Shown: positions 1 through 9,973, numbered from the stretch's first letter. The stretch is DNA of 64,000 nucleotides from Patescibacteria group bacterium (GCA_018895015.1 JAHIOX010000003.1:962-64961); one strand, 5' to 3'. Made by a program: numbers and translations. The notes: generated from the sequence alone by a model not told the origin.

Positions 1-71
1 CATCTTGCTGTATTGACTCAATGGGCTTAAATTGATAAGCTTTTGTAAAATAGTACTTTGAGGAGGTAATT

Positions 72-263
72 ATGAAATTTATGCTTGAAGTGGAAGAATT
101 GAAAAAACTGGAATTAGTCGAAGATACTTATTCTGGAGATATTAATGAAGTTGTTGTTGCGCGGAAACCGGCAAATATGCGGCGCATAAAACGTTTGCTG
201 TCAAAAGCTGTGGATTTGCAAAATTTCCGTCTGGGAGATTTTAAAGTCACGAAAGTTGATTAA
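72..263 (+). CDS. Hypothetical 63-aa protein
   Basis: GAGGAGG SD at 60-66; followed by a strong hairpin. Confidence 0.6.
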   Translation: MKFMLEVEELKKLELVEDTYSGDINEVVVARKPANMRRIKRLLSKAVDLQNFRLGDFKVTKVD

Positions 264-266
264 ATA

Positions 267-302
267 AAAAAGCGGATGTGTCGGAAGACACATCCGCTTT
301 TT
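267..302. terminator. Bidirectional intrinsic terminator
   Basis: AAAAAGCGGATGTGTC-ggaa-GACACATCCGCTTTTT between convergent genes. Confidence 0.8.
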
Positions 303-337
303 CTTCGTCATTTTCGTCCTCTTCTTTTTTTTCACGA

Positions 338-1552
338 TTACCAATTATTCAAGAGCTCCACCGCCTTGTCCATTTGCGGGTCGCGGTCGGCTTCAAAATC
401 TTCTTTGGTGAGTTCCACGACAAAATCCGGCTCAAGGCCCTGTTCCGAGATAGACCTGCCGTTGGGCGTGAGCCAGCGCGCTATGGTAAGTTTTAGCGAA
501 GTATCAGGCGTAACCTGAATCAATTCCTGCACCGAACCCTTGCCGAAAGTTTTCTGGCCGACAAGTTTGGCTATGCCATGCTCCTGCAAAGCGCCTGCTA
601 AAATTTCCGAAGCGGAGGCGCTTCCTTCGTTTACCAATATTACAAAAGGAAGTTTTTGAAAAACATCATACCCTTTGCTTCTGAAAATCGTTTCTTCTCC
701 ATTGCTGAATTTTTCGCGCGCCACGGTTTTCCCTGCCGGCAAAAACCAGCTGGCGATATCAACGGATGATTCCAAGTATCCGCCAGGATTTCCCCTCAAA
801 TCAAGAATTAGTTTGTCGTTTCCGGAAAAAACGAATTCGCGCAAAGCTTCCCTGAAAACGTTCATTGAATTTCCGGAGAAATTATACATTTTGATAATAA
901 AAATTCCATTTGGCTTTTGCTCGGTGTCCAGAACCGGAATTTTTATAACGCCTCTTGTTACGCTGATTTCCAAAGGTTTTTCCTCGCCTTTGTGAAGAAT
1001 TGTCAGTTTTACGGCAGTATCTTTCTTGCCTCTTATGAGGCGGGCCGCTTCTTCCGCGGACATATTTTCAGTCGTCTTGCCGTCTATTTTTAAAATTTTG
1101 TCTCCGGCTTTTATTCCGACATTGTAAGCCGGCGTTCCTTTAAGCGGAGAGATGACAATTAATTGGCTGTCGCGAACCCCGATTTCCATTCCGACTCCCT
1201 CAAAATCGCCTTTCATTTCATCTTTGAATTCTTTTGATTCTTGCGGCGGAAAGAATACCGAATACGGATCGCCAAGCGAATTGAGCATTCCTTGGATCGC
1301 GCCATAAACCATTTTTTGCGAGTCTAAATTTTCATTTTCCACATATTTTGACTCTATGGTTTGCCATACCGTCCAAAACGGGGAAAAATCAACCTGCGCC
1401 GGCTTTCCGGTTTCCTTATTGAACAAAACATTGATTTTTTCTATGGAATGCCTGTTATAATAACCAAAAAAGGCTCCTCCGGCAAAAACGCCTGAAATTA
1501 CAGCTAAGCTTATCAGCGACAATGCTAATTTTTTTTTCCAGCCAAGTTCCAT
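338..1552 (-). CDS. ctpA: S41 carboxy-terminal processing protease (PDZ)
   Basis: N-terminal TM, GVGMEI PDZ, LDLRGNPGG, SASASEI, TFGKG motifs. Confidence 0.93.
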   Translation of the reverse strand: MELGWKKKLALSLISLAVISGVFAGGAFFGYYNRHSIEKINVLFNKETGKPAQVDFSPFWTVWQTIESKYVENENLDSQKMVYGAIQGMLNSLGDPYSVFFPPQESKEFKDEMKGDFEGVGMEIGVRDSQLIVISPLKGTPAYNVGIKAGDKILKIDGKTTENMSAEEAARLIRGKKDTAVKLTILHKGEEKPLEISVTRGVIKIPVLDTEQKPNGIFIIKMYNFSGNSMNVFREALREFVFSGNDKLILDLRGNPGGYLESSVDIASWFLPAGKTVAREKFSNGEETIFRSKGYDVFQKLPFVILVNEGSASASEILAGALQEHGIAKLVGQKTFGKGSVQELIQVTPDTSLKLTIARWLTPNGRSISEQGLEPDFVVELTKEDFEADRDPQMDKAVELLNNW

Positions 1553-1593
1553 TTATTTTATTATAAACTAAAGCGTGTTATAATCCAAATAAT

Positions 1594-2508
1594 ATGATTT
1601 CCACATATAAATATAAAAATTTAAGGTGGCTGGACGTAGAATCTCCGACTGTTGACGATGTAAAGTCTTTGATAAGCAAATATCCAATACATCCTTTAGT
1701 CGCGGAGGAACTTCTGAGGCCGACGCGCCGGCCGAAAACGGACGCTTATGAAGATTTTATTTATCTTATCCTTCACTTCCCTGTTTTTGAGCAAGAGCGC
1801 AAAACTTCCGCCAGTTATGAAATAGATTTTATCATTGGGAAAAATTTTTTAATCACAGTCCACTATAAAACCATAACCACGCTTTATGAAATAGGCAAAA
1901 TGTTTGAAGTGGGCACGATGATGAGCGGCGGAAAGATGGTAAAAGATTCCGGATTGCTTACTTTTTATATAATCAGGCAAATGTATGATTACGCGATGAG
2001 GCAAATGGACCACATACAGGCAAAAATAGACGTTATTGAGGAAAACATATTTAAGGGGCGCGAGCAGGAAATGGTGGAAAGAATCTCGCTGATTCACAGA
2101 GACATTCTGGATTTTCAAAGGTCCCTTCACGCGCATTCCAGCACTTTGAATTATTTGGAAATAGTCGGGGAAAAAATTTTTGGACCTGAATTCGCGCGCC
2201 ACACAAAAAAAATGACGGGCGAATATTCCAAAGTGAAAAGCCTTTTGGAAAATTGCCAAGAAACGATAGAATCGCTGCGGAGCACGAATGATTCCGTGCT
2301 TACCGATAAAACCAACAATGTTATGAAAATGCTTACGCTGATGGCGTTTATCACTTTTCCTTTGATGCTTTTTTCTTCCATATTCAGCATGAACACGATA
2401 TCCACTCCGATTCTGGGGATGAAAGGCGATTTTTGGATTATTCTCATGATAATGCTGACGTCAATGAGCACGATGATAATAATGTTTAAGCGCAAAAAAT
2501 GGTTTTAG
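1594..2508 (+). CDS. corA: CorA-family Mg2+/Co2+ transporter
   Basis: HPLVAEEL, C-terminal two TMs with FSMN (variant of GMN). Confidence 0.88.
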   Translation: MISTYKYKNLRWLDVESPTVDDVKSLISKYPIHPLVAEELLRPTRRPKTDAYEDFIYLILHFPVFEQERKTSASYEIDFIIGKNFLITVHYKTITTLYEIGKMFEVGTMMSGGKMVKDSGLLTFYIIRQMYDYAMRQMDHIQAKIDVIEENIFKGREQEMVERISLIHRDILDFQRSLHAHSSTLNYLEIVGEKIFGPEFARHTKKMTGEYSKVKSLLENCQETIESLRSTNDSVLTDKTNNVMKMLTLMAFITFPLMLFSSIFSMNTISTPILGMKGDFWIILMIMLTSMSTMIIMFKRKKWF

Positions 2509-3911
2509 ATTTAAAAATTTACAATACGCTTGCGCGCTCAAAAGAAAAATTTAAGCCGCTGGGGCCTGGTAAAATAAAATTTTACCAGTGCGGCCCGACG
2601 GTTTATTGGACGCAGCATATCGGCAATATGCGCGCGGTTGTATGCGCCGATTTTATAATTAGAACATTAAAATATCTTGGTTATGACATTAAATTCGTCC
2701 GCAATTACACGGATGTCGGCCATCTTACAAGCGACGAGGACGAAGGTGAAGATAAAATGGAAAAAGCGGCTAAGCGGGAAAAATTAAGCCCGCGAGAAAT
2801 TGCTGAAAAATACATCAAAATTTACGAAAATGATACGAGGGCGTTAAACATTATTGAGCCGTCTGAAAAACCGAAAGCAAGCGAGCATATCCAGGAAATG
2901 ATAGAAATGATAGAAATTTTAATGGATAAAGAATACGCTTATAAAACGGATTTGGCCGTGTATTTTGACGTTTCAAAAGCAAAAGATTATACGAAATTGT
3001 CAAAGCAAACTTTGGAAGAAATGTCCGTTGGCGCCGGCAAGGGCGAGGTGGCGGACGCGGAAAAGCGCGACCCGGCTGATTTTGCACTTTGGTTTTTCAG
3101 AAAAGGAAAGCACGAAAAGGCATTGCAATACTGGCCTTCCCCGTGGGGCGACGGCTTTCCTGGTTGGCATATTGAATGCTCCGCGATGGCTAAAAAATAT
3201 TTGGGCGCGACAATGGATATTCACATGGGCGGAGTTGAACACATTTCTATTCATCACACGAACGAAATCGCGCAGAGCGAATCCGCGAATAACGCCCCGC
3301 TTGCCAATTATTGGATTCACAACGAGCACTTGGTCGTGGACGGAAGAAAAATGGCAAAGTCGGAAGGCACAGGCTACAGCCTGGAAGAAATAAAAGAAAA
3401 AAATTTTAGCCCCGTAGCTTTAAGATATTTTTTCACGCAGGCGCATTATCGCTCAAAGCAAAATTTCACATGGGAAGCGATGGAGTCCGCGCGAAACGGA
3501 TTGAAGCATTTATATAATCAAGTTAGAATTCTCCACTTGGACACTGGATGTCCAAGTGGACATCCAGTGTCCGTTAACGAAGAATACAAAAATAAATTTA
3601 TTGAAAAAATCAGCGACGATTTCAATATTCCGCAGGCGCTCGCAGTGGCGCAAGAATTATTAAAAGCGGATTTGCCGGACAAAGACAAACTGGCGACTAT
3701 TTTGGATTTTGACAAAGTTTTTGGCTTGAAACTCGCCGATGCAATGGCATTTGCGGAGGCGCCTAAAGAGGTCGTTGAGTTGGCAAAAAAGCGCGAGGCG
3801 ATGAGAAAAGAAAACAAATGGGCCGAGGCGGACATTGTCCGCGAGCAAATAAAAAACCTCGGATATGAGATTGAGGACGCGGGAAAAGGGTATGTTCTCA
3901 AAAAAATCTGA
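2499..3911 (+). CDS. cysS: Cysteine-tRNA ligase
   Basis: CGPTVY..HIGN, PGWHIECSAM, KMAKS. Confidence 0.97.
   Translation: MVLDLKIYNTLARSKEKFKPLGPGKIKFYQCGPTVYWTQHIGNMRAVVCADFIIRTLKYLGYDIKFVRNYTDVGHLTSDEDEGEDKMEKAAKREKLSPREIAEKYIKIYENDTRALNIIEPSEKPKASEHIQEMIEMIEILMDKEYAYKTDLAVYFDVSKAKDYTKLSKQTLEEMSVGAGKGEVADAEKRDPADFALWFFRKGKHEKALQYWPSPWGDGFPGWHIECSAMAKKYLGATMDIHMGGVEHISIHHTNEIAQSESANNAPLANYWIHNEHLVVDGRKMAKSEGTGYSLEEIKEKNFSPVALRYFFTQAHYRSKQNFTWEAMESARNGLKHLYNQVRILHLDTGCPSGHPVSVNEEYKNKFIEKISDDFNIPQALAVAQELLKADLPDKDKLATILDFDKVFGLKLADAMAFAEAPKEVVELAKKREAMRKENKWAEADIVREQIKNLGYEIEDAGKGYVLKKI
3532..3572 (+). repeat. In-frame AAGT-loop palindromic element, copy 1 (cysS)
   Basis: GGACACTGGATGTCC-aagt-GGACATCCAGTGTCC; encodes HLDTGCPSGHPVS. 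Confidence 0.9.
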
Positions 3912-3936
3912 TATGGTATTATTATAGAGTTAAATT

Positions 3937-5298
3937 ATGTCGAGAGAATTTCAAAAAATATCTTCCGTCCGCATTCCGCCGCAAAATCTTGACGCGGAAA
4001 AGTCCGTCCTGGGTTCTTTAATGCTTGATTCAAACGCTATCCACGTAGTGATTGATATTTTAATTCCGGACGATTTTTATCACCAAAAACACAGAGATAT
4101 TTTCCAGGCTATGTATGAACTTTGCGAGAAAAGAGAGCCGATTGATGTTTTATCTGTTTCCAGCCGCTTAAAAGAAAAAAAGATGCTAGACGGAGTTGGC
4201 GGCAGTTCTTATCTGGCTGAACTTGTAAACTGCGTTCCTACCGCGAGCAATGTAAAGCACTACGCGGAGCTTGTAAGAAAAAAAAGCATTCTAAGAAGTC
4301 TTATAGAATCATCAGACCAAATTTCCCAGCTTGGATATAATGAGGAAGACGAAGTTGATATTCTTCTTGACGAAGCTGAAAAGAAAATTTTTAATGTCGC
4401 GCGCTATTCTTTAAAGCAAAAATTTTTAAATATTAAAGTCGCGCTTGAGGACGCGTGGGAGCGTTTTGACAGGCTTCATAATTCAAAGGGCGAGTTGAGG
4501 GGAACTCCAACCGGCTTTCAGGAGCTTAATAATATTCTAGCCGGCTTTCAAAAATCAGATTTGATAATTTTGGCAGCGCGCCCGTCCATGGGAAAAACAG
4601 CGCTCGCGCTTGATATTGCCCGTAATGTCGCTTGCAGGCACAATTTGCCTATCGGTATTTTTAGCTTGGAAATGTCCAGCCAGCAGCTCGTGGACCGCCT
4701 TATTGCGGCAGAGGCGCGCGTTGATTCGTGGAAGCTCCGAACGGGCCGTTTGTCTTCTGACGATGAATTTGCCAGAATCCGAGACGCTTTGGCTTCCCTT
4801 TCTTCAGCCCCGATTTTTATTGACGACGAGGCCTCCACTAATATTATGCAAATGAGAGCGAAGGCGAGGCGCTTGCAAGCCGAGCACGGCCTTGGACTTT
4901 TGATAGTTGATTATATCCAGTTAATGGTGCCGCGGCAAAGAACCGATAGCATGGTTCAGCAAATAACCGAAATTTCAAGGTCATTAAAGGGATTGGCAAG
5001 AGAGCTTGATGTGCCGGTTTTGGCAATTTCTCAATTAAGCCGCGCGGTTGAATCGCGCAACCCGCCTATTCCAAAACTGCATGATTTGCGAGACAGCGGT
5101 AGTATTGAGCAGGACGCGGACGTTGTTATGTTTATTTACCGCGAGGATAAGTATAAAGAAAACAGCACAAAGCAAAATATCGCTGAAATTTTTATTGAAA
5201 AACACAGAAACGGCCCGACCGGGAAAATAGAGCTTTATTTTGACCCGCAGAAGGTAAGTTTTTCCAGCATAGAAAAAGGCGATTTCGGGACAATATAA
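3937..5298 (+). CDS. dnaB: Replicative DNA helicase
   Basis: PPQNLDAE, AARPSMGKT, VDYIQL, LRDSGSIEQDAD. Confidence 0.97.
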   Translation: MSREFQKISSVRIPPQNLDAEKSVLGSLMLDSNAIHVVIDILIPDDFYHQKHRDIFQAMYELCEKREPIDVLSVSSRLKEKKMLDGVGGSSYLAELVNCVPTASNVKHYAELVRKKSILRSLIESSDQISQLGYNEEDEVDILLDEAEKKIFNVARYSLKQKFLNIKVALEDAWERFDRLHNSKGELRGTPTGFQELNNILAGFQKSDLIILAARPSMGKTALALDIARNVACRHNLPIGIFSLEMSSQQLVDRLIAAEARVDSWKLRTGRLSSDDEFARIRDALASLSSAPIFIDDEASTNIMQMRAKARRLQAEHGLGLLIVDYIQLMVPRQRTDSMVQQITEISRSLKGLARELDVPVLAISQLSRAVESRNPPIPKLHDLRDSGSIEQDADVVMFIYREDKYKENSTKQNIAEIFIEKHRNGPTGKIELYFDPQKVSFSSIEKGDFGTI

Positions 5299-5948
5299 TG
5301 AACAATAATTTTGAAAAATTAATTGAGTATTTTTTGAAATTTCCAGGAATAGGGCCAAGGCAGGCAAAAAGATTCGCCCTTTTTTTGGCCGGAGAGGACA
5401 AAAAATTCGTTGCGGATCTTGGACAGCTTATTTCAAAAATAAAGGAAAGCGTAAGGCAATGCCCGAGCTGTTATAGATTTTACGGTTCTGTTTCTGGCGG
5501 GTCAAGCCAATGCGGCATATGCTCAAATTTAAATCGCGATAATTCCATTTTGCTTGTTGTTGAAAAAGACGCTGATTTGCAAAACATTGAGAAAAGCGAA
5601 GTTTATAACGGAAGATATTTTGTGCTTGGCGGAACAATTCCTTTGGCTAACGGTTCCGCCAAAGGCGGAACCGGCGGGTTAAGATTCAGAGAACTTTTTG
5701 AGAAAGTAAAAGTGCTTCTGCAAAGCTCAACGCGAGAAGCAAAACATTTAGAAGTTATTTTGGCTCTAAGCGCCACGATTGAAGGAGAAAATACGTCTCG
5801 TTACGCGGAAAAAATTCTGGAGCCCCTTTTGTCCAAAGGCGGGCAAGAAATAAAAATAACCCGACTTGGGCGCGGGCTTTCTACGGGCACAGAGTTGGAA
5901 TACAGCGATAGCGCTACAATTGCTAACTCTTTACGCTCGCGATGCTGA
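5298..5948 (+). CDS. recR: Recombination mediator RecR
   Basis: PGIGPRQA HhH, CxxC..CxxC, TOPRIM, GTELEYSD. Confidence 0.95.
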   Translation: MNNNFEKLIEYFLKFPGIGPRQAKRFALFLAGEDKKFVADLGQLISKIKESVRQCPSCYRFYGSVSGGSSQCGICSNLNRDNSILLVVEKDADLQNIEKSEVYNGRYFVLGGTIPLANGSAKGGTGGLRFRELFEKVKVLLQSSTREAKHLEVILALSATIEGENTSRYAEKILEPLLSKGGQEIKITRLGRGLSTGTELEYSDSATIANSLRSRC

Positions 5949-6291
5949 TTTTTGTGTATGGCTGGCGGTGGCCTTTTTTCTTGCGATAACGGGTTTTAGA
6001 TTTATATCTTAAAACTGTAATTTTTTTATCTCTTCCTTCTTCCTCAATTTTTGCCTCGACTATCGCGCCGTCCACAAACGGTTTGCCAACATGGATATCT
6101 TTATCGCCGGCGACAAGGAGAATATTATCAAATTTTAAAATTTCGCCCGCCTTGGTGTTTTTTATTTTTTCCACCTTTAACACGTCTCCGGCTTTAACTA
6201 TGTATTGTTTGCCCCCGGTTTGAATTACGGCAATTTTATCCGCCGCCGAGGCGGATTCCGCCTTCTTTTTTGTCGTTTTTACTGTTGTCAT
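5923..6291 (-). CDS. rplU: 50S ribosomal protein L21
   Basis: AVIQTGGKQY, GHRQPYT. Confidence 0.96.
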   Translation of the reverse strand: MTTVKTTKKKAESASAADKIAVIQTGGKQYIVKAGDVLKVEKIKNTKAGEILKFDNILLVAGDKDIHVGKPFVDGAIVEAKIEEEGRDKKITVLRYKSKTRYRKKKGHRQPYTKISIASVKS

Positions 6292-6372
6292 AATGATTAT
6301 TATTCTATATCATATCTCGCTTAATTTCAAGCCTCTTGCGTCAACTTACATATTCTTTTTAATAATTCTAAT

Positions 6373-6410
6373 ATTTACCACTTATCAGCGATAGCAAGTA
6401 AGTGGCAGAT
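6373..6410 (+). repeat. GCGATAGC-core dyad site A
   Basis: ATTTACCACTTAtca-GCGATAGC-aagTAAGTGGCAGAT, 15+8+15. Confidence 0.85.
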
Positions 6411-6424
6411 GTAGTTTAGTTAAA

Positions 6425-6979
6425 TTATTGCAGGCTGAAATGATTTTTTAAATGCAACTCATTGTCAATTGAATCAGCGATAATCATCCTAACAAATTTT
6501 CTTATATCGTAAAATTCTATTAAATAATCTATTTCATCTTTGCAATCATATGGATGAACAAAAACACTTTTTTGAAATTCGTAAAATCCCATTTGCTTCA
6601 AATGAAATCGCAGACTTTCTCTTATCTTTTTTCTTTTTTCGGGAATATCAAAAAGCACAACGCGCCATTTTTTGTCCCATTTTTGCGGTTTCTCAATTCG
6701 CAGATTTTCCAAATCATAGGTAAGCGCCTTTTGCTTTCCGTTATCTGTTAACACTATTGTTATAGTTCCATCTAGATTTTGTTTTTCGGCAACCAATTTT
6801 GATTCATATAAGCGTTTAATCGCTCTCTTAAGCGCCCGCGCCTCAATTTCTTTCCATTCTTTGCCAATGCTTTTCAAAATCTGAAAATATGTTTTTGGAG
6901 ATCTTGTCAGCCCTAAAGTCAAGCCGCCTAAAAGCAGAAGCAATATTTTTTGTTGTATTTCGCCGTGTCCTCGCGACAT
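6425..6979 (-). CDS. PaaX-like protein (wHTH plus Cas2/VapD-like domain)
   Basis: LTDNGK wing, then WDKKWRVVLFDIPEK..LR..L..MGF..FQKSVF. Confidence 0.8.
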   Translation of the reverse strand: MSRGHGEIQQKILLLLLGGLTLGLTRSPKTYFQILKSIGKEWKEIEARALKRAIKRLYESKLVAEKQNLDGTITIVLTDNGKQKALTYDLENLRIEKPQKWDKKWRVVLFDIPEKRKKIRESLRFHLKQMGFYEFQKSVFVHPYDCKDEIDYLIEFYDIRKFVRMIIADSIDNELHLKNHFSLQ

Positions 6980-7006
6980 AATTTTATTTTATGATACCTT
7001 TTTAAA

Positions 7007-7059
7007 AATTACCATATACCAGCGATAGCAAGTAAGTGGTAAGCAAGTAAGTGGTAAAT
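7007..7059 (+). repeat. GCGATAGC-core dyad site B with duplicated right half
   Basis: AATTACCATATACCA-GCGAT then (AGCAAGTAAGTGGTA)x2 at 7027-7056. Confidence 0.85.
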
Positions 7060-7076
7060 TGGCAAATTATCGATTC

Positions 7077-8045
7077 TTATATTATTTCTATCAGTTTCTT
7101 TAATTTTTCAAGCCTCAATTTTGCGCTTGTAGCTTCCTCGGGACAACGCAAATCTTTTCTTAAAATATAAGCCCAAAGCACCCAGATAGTGTTTGAAACT
7201 GCGCGCTCAAACAGTCGCCCTTCAACTAATTTTTCAAAATTTTCAATCGGATTTAATTTAAGATATTCTCTTGTCATTTGCAATTTTATTTCTTCAAAAT
7301 CTGGACGATTTTCTATTGACGCCAAAAACACAGACAAACTAAAACTCGGGTCGCCAAAGGCAACCTCCTCCCAGTTTATAAAACGCAGGATTTCTTTTAC
7401 AACAAAGCAATGTCCGATATGAGCGCTTTCAAAAACAAAAACCCGCGGCGCCTTATCCAAAATTGGCTGATATTTTTCATGCAAAACTTTTTCAGCCATT
7501 GGCAGTAATTCCTCAATCTTTTTTCTCAAATTATCACATCTTGAATCCTTGGAAATATCGTTTAGTTTGTTGTGCCATTTTTCAATATTAACAGAATAAT
7601 CTGATTTATTATCCAAATATGGTTTAATTTCTTCCGCGATAGGAATTTTGTTAATTTTTGCAATCAACTTCACGACTTCTGGAAAATACTTTTTTTGTTC
7701 GTCCGGCGAATAATCAGAAAACGGTTTGCCTTCCAGATATTCTTCAAACAGCACTGGTTTAATAAAACCGCTTTTGTCAAAGTAATAAGGTTCCGGCGCA
7801 ACTCCATGTGGCTTTACATATTTAAGCATTTTATATTCTTTTTCAATCTCATTACATTGCGCTGGTGTTTCGTTTCCAATAACGCGAAAAACATATTTTT
7901 TATCCTTGTGCTGAATCAAAAAATTCCAATGGCCGGAAGGATCTTTGGGGTCAATATCAGTAATTTTAAAATCCTCCTTAATTCCTAACGGTTGGACTAT
8001 TTTAATATATTCAATTATTTCTTTAATTTTTGGCGCTTTCCACAT
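7077..8045 (-). CDS. APH/choline-kinase-fold protein with degenerate catalytic motifs
   Basis: KYVFRV, EKEYKML, EEYLEG, INWEEVAFGDP. Confidence 0.7.
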   Translation of the reverse strand: MWKAPKIKEIIEYIKIVQPLGIKEDFKITDIDPKDPSGHWNFLIQHKDKKYVFRVIGNETPAQCNEIEKEYKMLKYVKPHGVAPEPYYFDKSGFIKPVLFEEYLEGKPFSDYSPDEQKKYFPEVVKLIAKINKIPIAEEIKPYLDNKSDYSVNIEKWHNKLNDISKDSRCDNLRKKIEELLPMAEKVLHEKYQPILDKAPRVFVFESAHIGHCFVVKEILRFINWEEVAFGDPSFSLSVFLASIENRPDFEEIKLQMTREYLKLNPIENFEKLVEGRLFERAVSNTIWVLWAYILRKDLRCPEEATSAKLRLEKLKKLIEII

Positions 8046-8110
8046 ACTTTATTTTATCATAAAAAAAGGCCGCCCCAAAGAAAAGGGACGGCTGATTAAA
8101 ACGGAGATAA

Positions 8111-8776
8111 TTAGTGGCGTATCCACCACCAAGCGAAACAAGTGAAAAGAAAAACAACAATTCCTGTAATCCAGTGAAACAAAAACGCTCCGAAGCAAAC
8201 TCCAACAACAGCGAGTAAAATAATAATTTGAAATACTCTATCCAATAAATCGCCGAGAGAAACTCCAAACACTTTTTTTCTGTTTAAAAAAGAGTTTTCT
8301 ATTCGCTCTCGGATTTGTTTCATTGGATCCGGTTCTCGCTGGTCAATGATTGTATCTTTTCTAATCCATTCTGCAAATTGTTTCTTTGCATTTTCCACAA
8401 GCTCGTCTTCTCTATCCTTTCCAACTTCTGTGAGATCTTTTTTTCGGCAGATACGCGTAATTTTTATTACAAAACCTTTTTGCGCAAGAGCCATGAGTAA
8501 AGTTTTGGGATCTGTCATTCTGCCTACATATTGAAACCTTCTGAAAACTGCCGGATGATCTTCGCCGTATGGCCCCATGAGTTCCTCGTTGTGTACGAGA
8601 ATATCAAGTTTTCTGAACAAGGTAGCAAATGTGCTTTGGTCGTTTTTATCCGGCAAACCATCTTCGGAGAGCGGGTTGTACGCGCTGTACACATCTCTAT
8701 GAATTCGTTCGGGGCCAATAATAGTTAGATGCCTTTTCATTAATTGTTTGGCTAATAGCTCCGTCAATTCCGTCAA
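8111..8776 (-). CDS. Hypothetical protein with C-terminal TM helices; 5' end possibly frameshifted
   Basis: 221-aa ORF from TTG; the SD-preceded ATG at 8813 is out of frame by 1 nt. Confidence 0.6.
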   Translation of the reverse strand: MTELTELLAKQLMKRHLTIIGPERIHRDVYSAYNPLSEDGLPDKNDQSTFATLFRKLDILVHNEELMGPYGEDHPAVFRRFQYVGRMTDPKTLLMALAQKGFVIKITRICRKKDLTEVGKDREDELVENAKKQFAEWIRKDTIIDQREPDPMKQIRERIENSFLNRKKVFGVSLGDLLDRVFQIIILLAVVGVCFGAFLFHWITGIVVFLFTCFAWWWIRH

Positions 8777-8870
8777 TCGTGATAAGGAACCATAATCCTT
8801 TGTTTAGTATCATTTTTAATCCCCCTTTTTTATTTCAATTTCAAGATTCAAATTTTCTAAAATAAGTATA

Positions 8871-9950
8871 TCACACCTCCTCCGGCTTGTCAATCATTTG
8901 CGGCTCCACGCCGATTGCCTCGCCTGTTATGCGCAAGACATCTTTATCTATCTTATTGAGTTCTTTGTAAGAGCTGTTGTAAGTATTTACTGTCGCTCCG
9001 AGATTCGCACCGAGCTTTTTCATAAACTGTTCGTAGCTTCCCAAATGCCTGCCCAAATCCTCCACCCTTTTTCTGATTTCTTTTGCCGATTCTTCAATTT
9101 GCAAAGCGCGCAAGCCCTGCAAAACCGTCTGCAGATACGCCATAAAGGAAGTCGGAGAAACGATTATCACATGCCTCTGCTGAAACGCGTATTCAATCAA
9201 ATCTTTTGTCTGCGTTTTTACGGCGCCAACTTGATTGATAAGCAAATCATAATATATCGCTTCCGAAGGAATAAACATAAAAGCGAAATCCATAGTTCCC
9301 TCTTTCGGCCTGATGTATTTCGCGGTTTCATCAATGCGGTTTTTTAAATCCTGCTTGAATATTTTTTCCACTTTTTCGCGTTCCGTTGGATTTTTCTCTT
9401 CAAGAATACGGTTGTAATTTTCCAGAGAAAATTTTGAATCAATGGGCAGAATTTTATCCTTGTCCAAGAAAATAACGGCGTCAACAATTTCTCCGTCGTT
9501 GAATTTATACTGCATTTGGTATCTGTCCGGCGGAAGAACGTTTTTCAGGACGGTTTCCAGATAATATTCGCCGAGCACGCCGCGCCGTTTCGGGTTCTGA
9601 AGAATGTCCTGCAAATTTTGTAGCTGGTCAGCGAATCCGACAACTTGCTTGTTTGTTTCGTCAAGCTTAACAAGCCGCTCAGTGACATCGCGGATAATTT
9701 TTGAGCTTTCGCCGAATTGCTGCTGAATCACTCTGGTTGACTCGCCCAACTGCTGTTGCATAAGCCTTGATGATTCTCCTAATTTCATATCAAGAGTGCC
9801 TCTTATTTCTTTCAATTGTTCCTGCATCATTAAAAATGAATCGCCGTTGCCTTCTTCTTTTTTCCCGCTTTTCCGCGCCCAAAAAAATATGACCGCGCCG
9901 GCGATTAATCCTGCAACAATAGCGAAAAAAATATAAACAAATTGAGCCAT
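8871..9950 (-). CDS. rmuC: DNA recombination protein RmuC
   Basis: N-terminal TM, RGVLGE, PIDSKF, DFAFMFIPSE, VSPTS. Confidence 0.93.
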   Translation of the reverse strand: MAQFVYIFFAIVAGLIAGAVIFFWARKSGKKEEGNGDSFLMMQEQLKEIRGTLDMKLGESSRLMQQQLGESTRVIQQQFGESSKIIRDVTERLVKLDETNKQVVGFADQLQNLQDILQNPKRRGVLGEYYLETVLKNVLPPDRYQMQYKFNDGEIVDAVIFLDKDKILPIDSKFSLENYNRILEEKNPTEREKVEKIFKQDLKNRIDETAKYIRPKEGTMDFAFMFIPSEAIYYDLLINQVGAVKTQTKDLIEYAFQQRHVIIVSPTSFMAYLQTVLQGLRALQIEESAKEIRKRVEDLGRHLGSYEQFMKKLGANLGATVNTYNSSYKELNKIDKDVLRITGEAIGVEPQMIDKPEEV

Positions 9951-9973
9951 ATATTTTAAAGTATAACAGTTTT

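Larger units (their letters stand above)
6373..7059. mobile_element. Candidate single-gene cassette bounded by directly repeated sites A and B
   Basis: Flanking repeats, a hybrid-like solo site at 51245 and a duplication breakpoint in the core; mobility is inferred. Confidence 0.4.

Noticed and set aside
5891-5930. GCGATAGC at 5905 in recR as a tenth site
   Set aside because: It is coding (YSDS) and the nearby inverted match is off-centre (14 versus 18 nt).
6425-6979. CRISPR-Cas locus suggested by the Cas2-like domain
   Set aside because: No regularly spaced repeat-spacer array and no other cas genes in the window.
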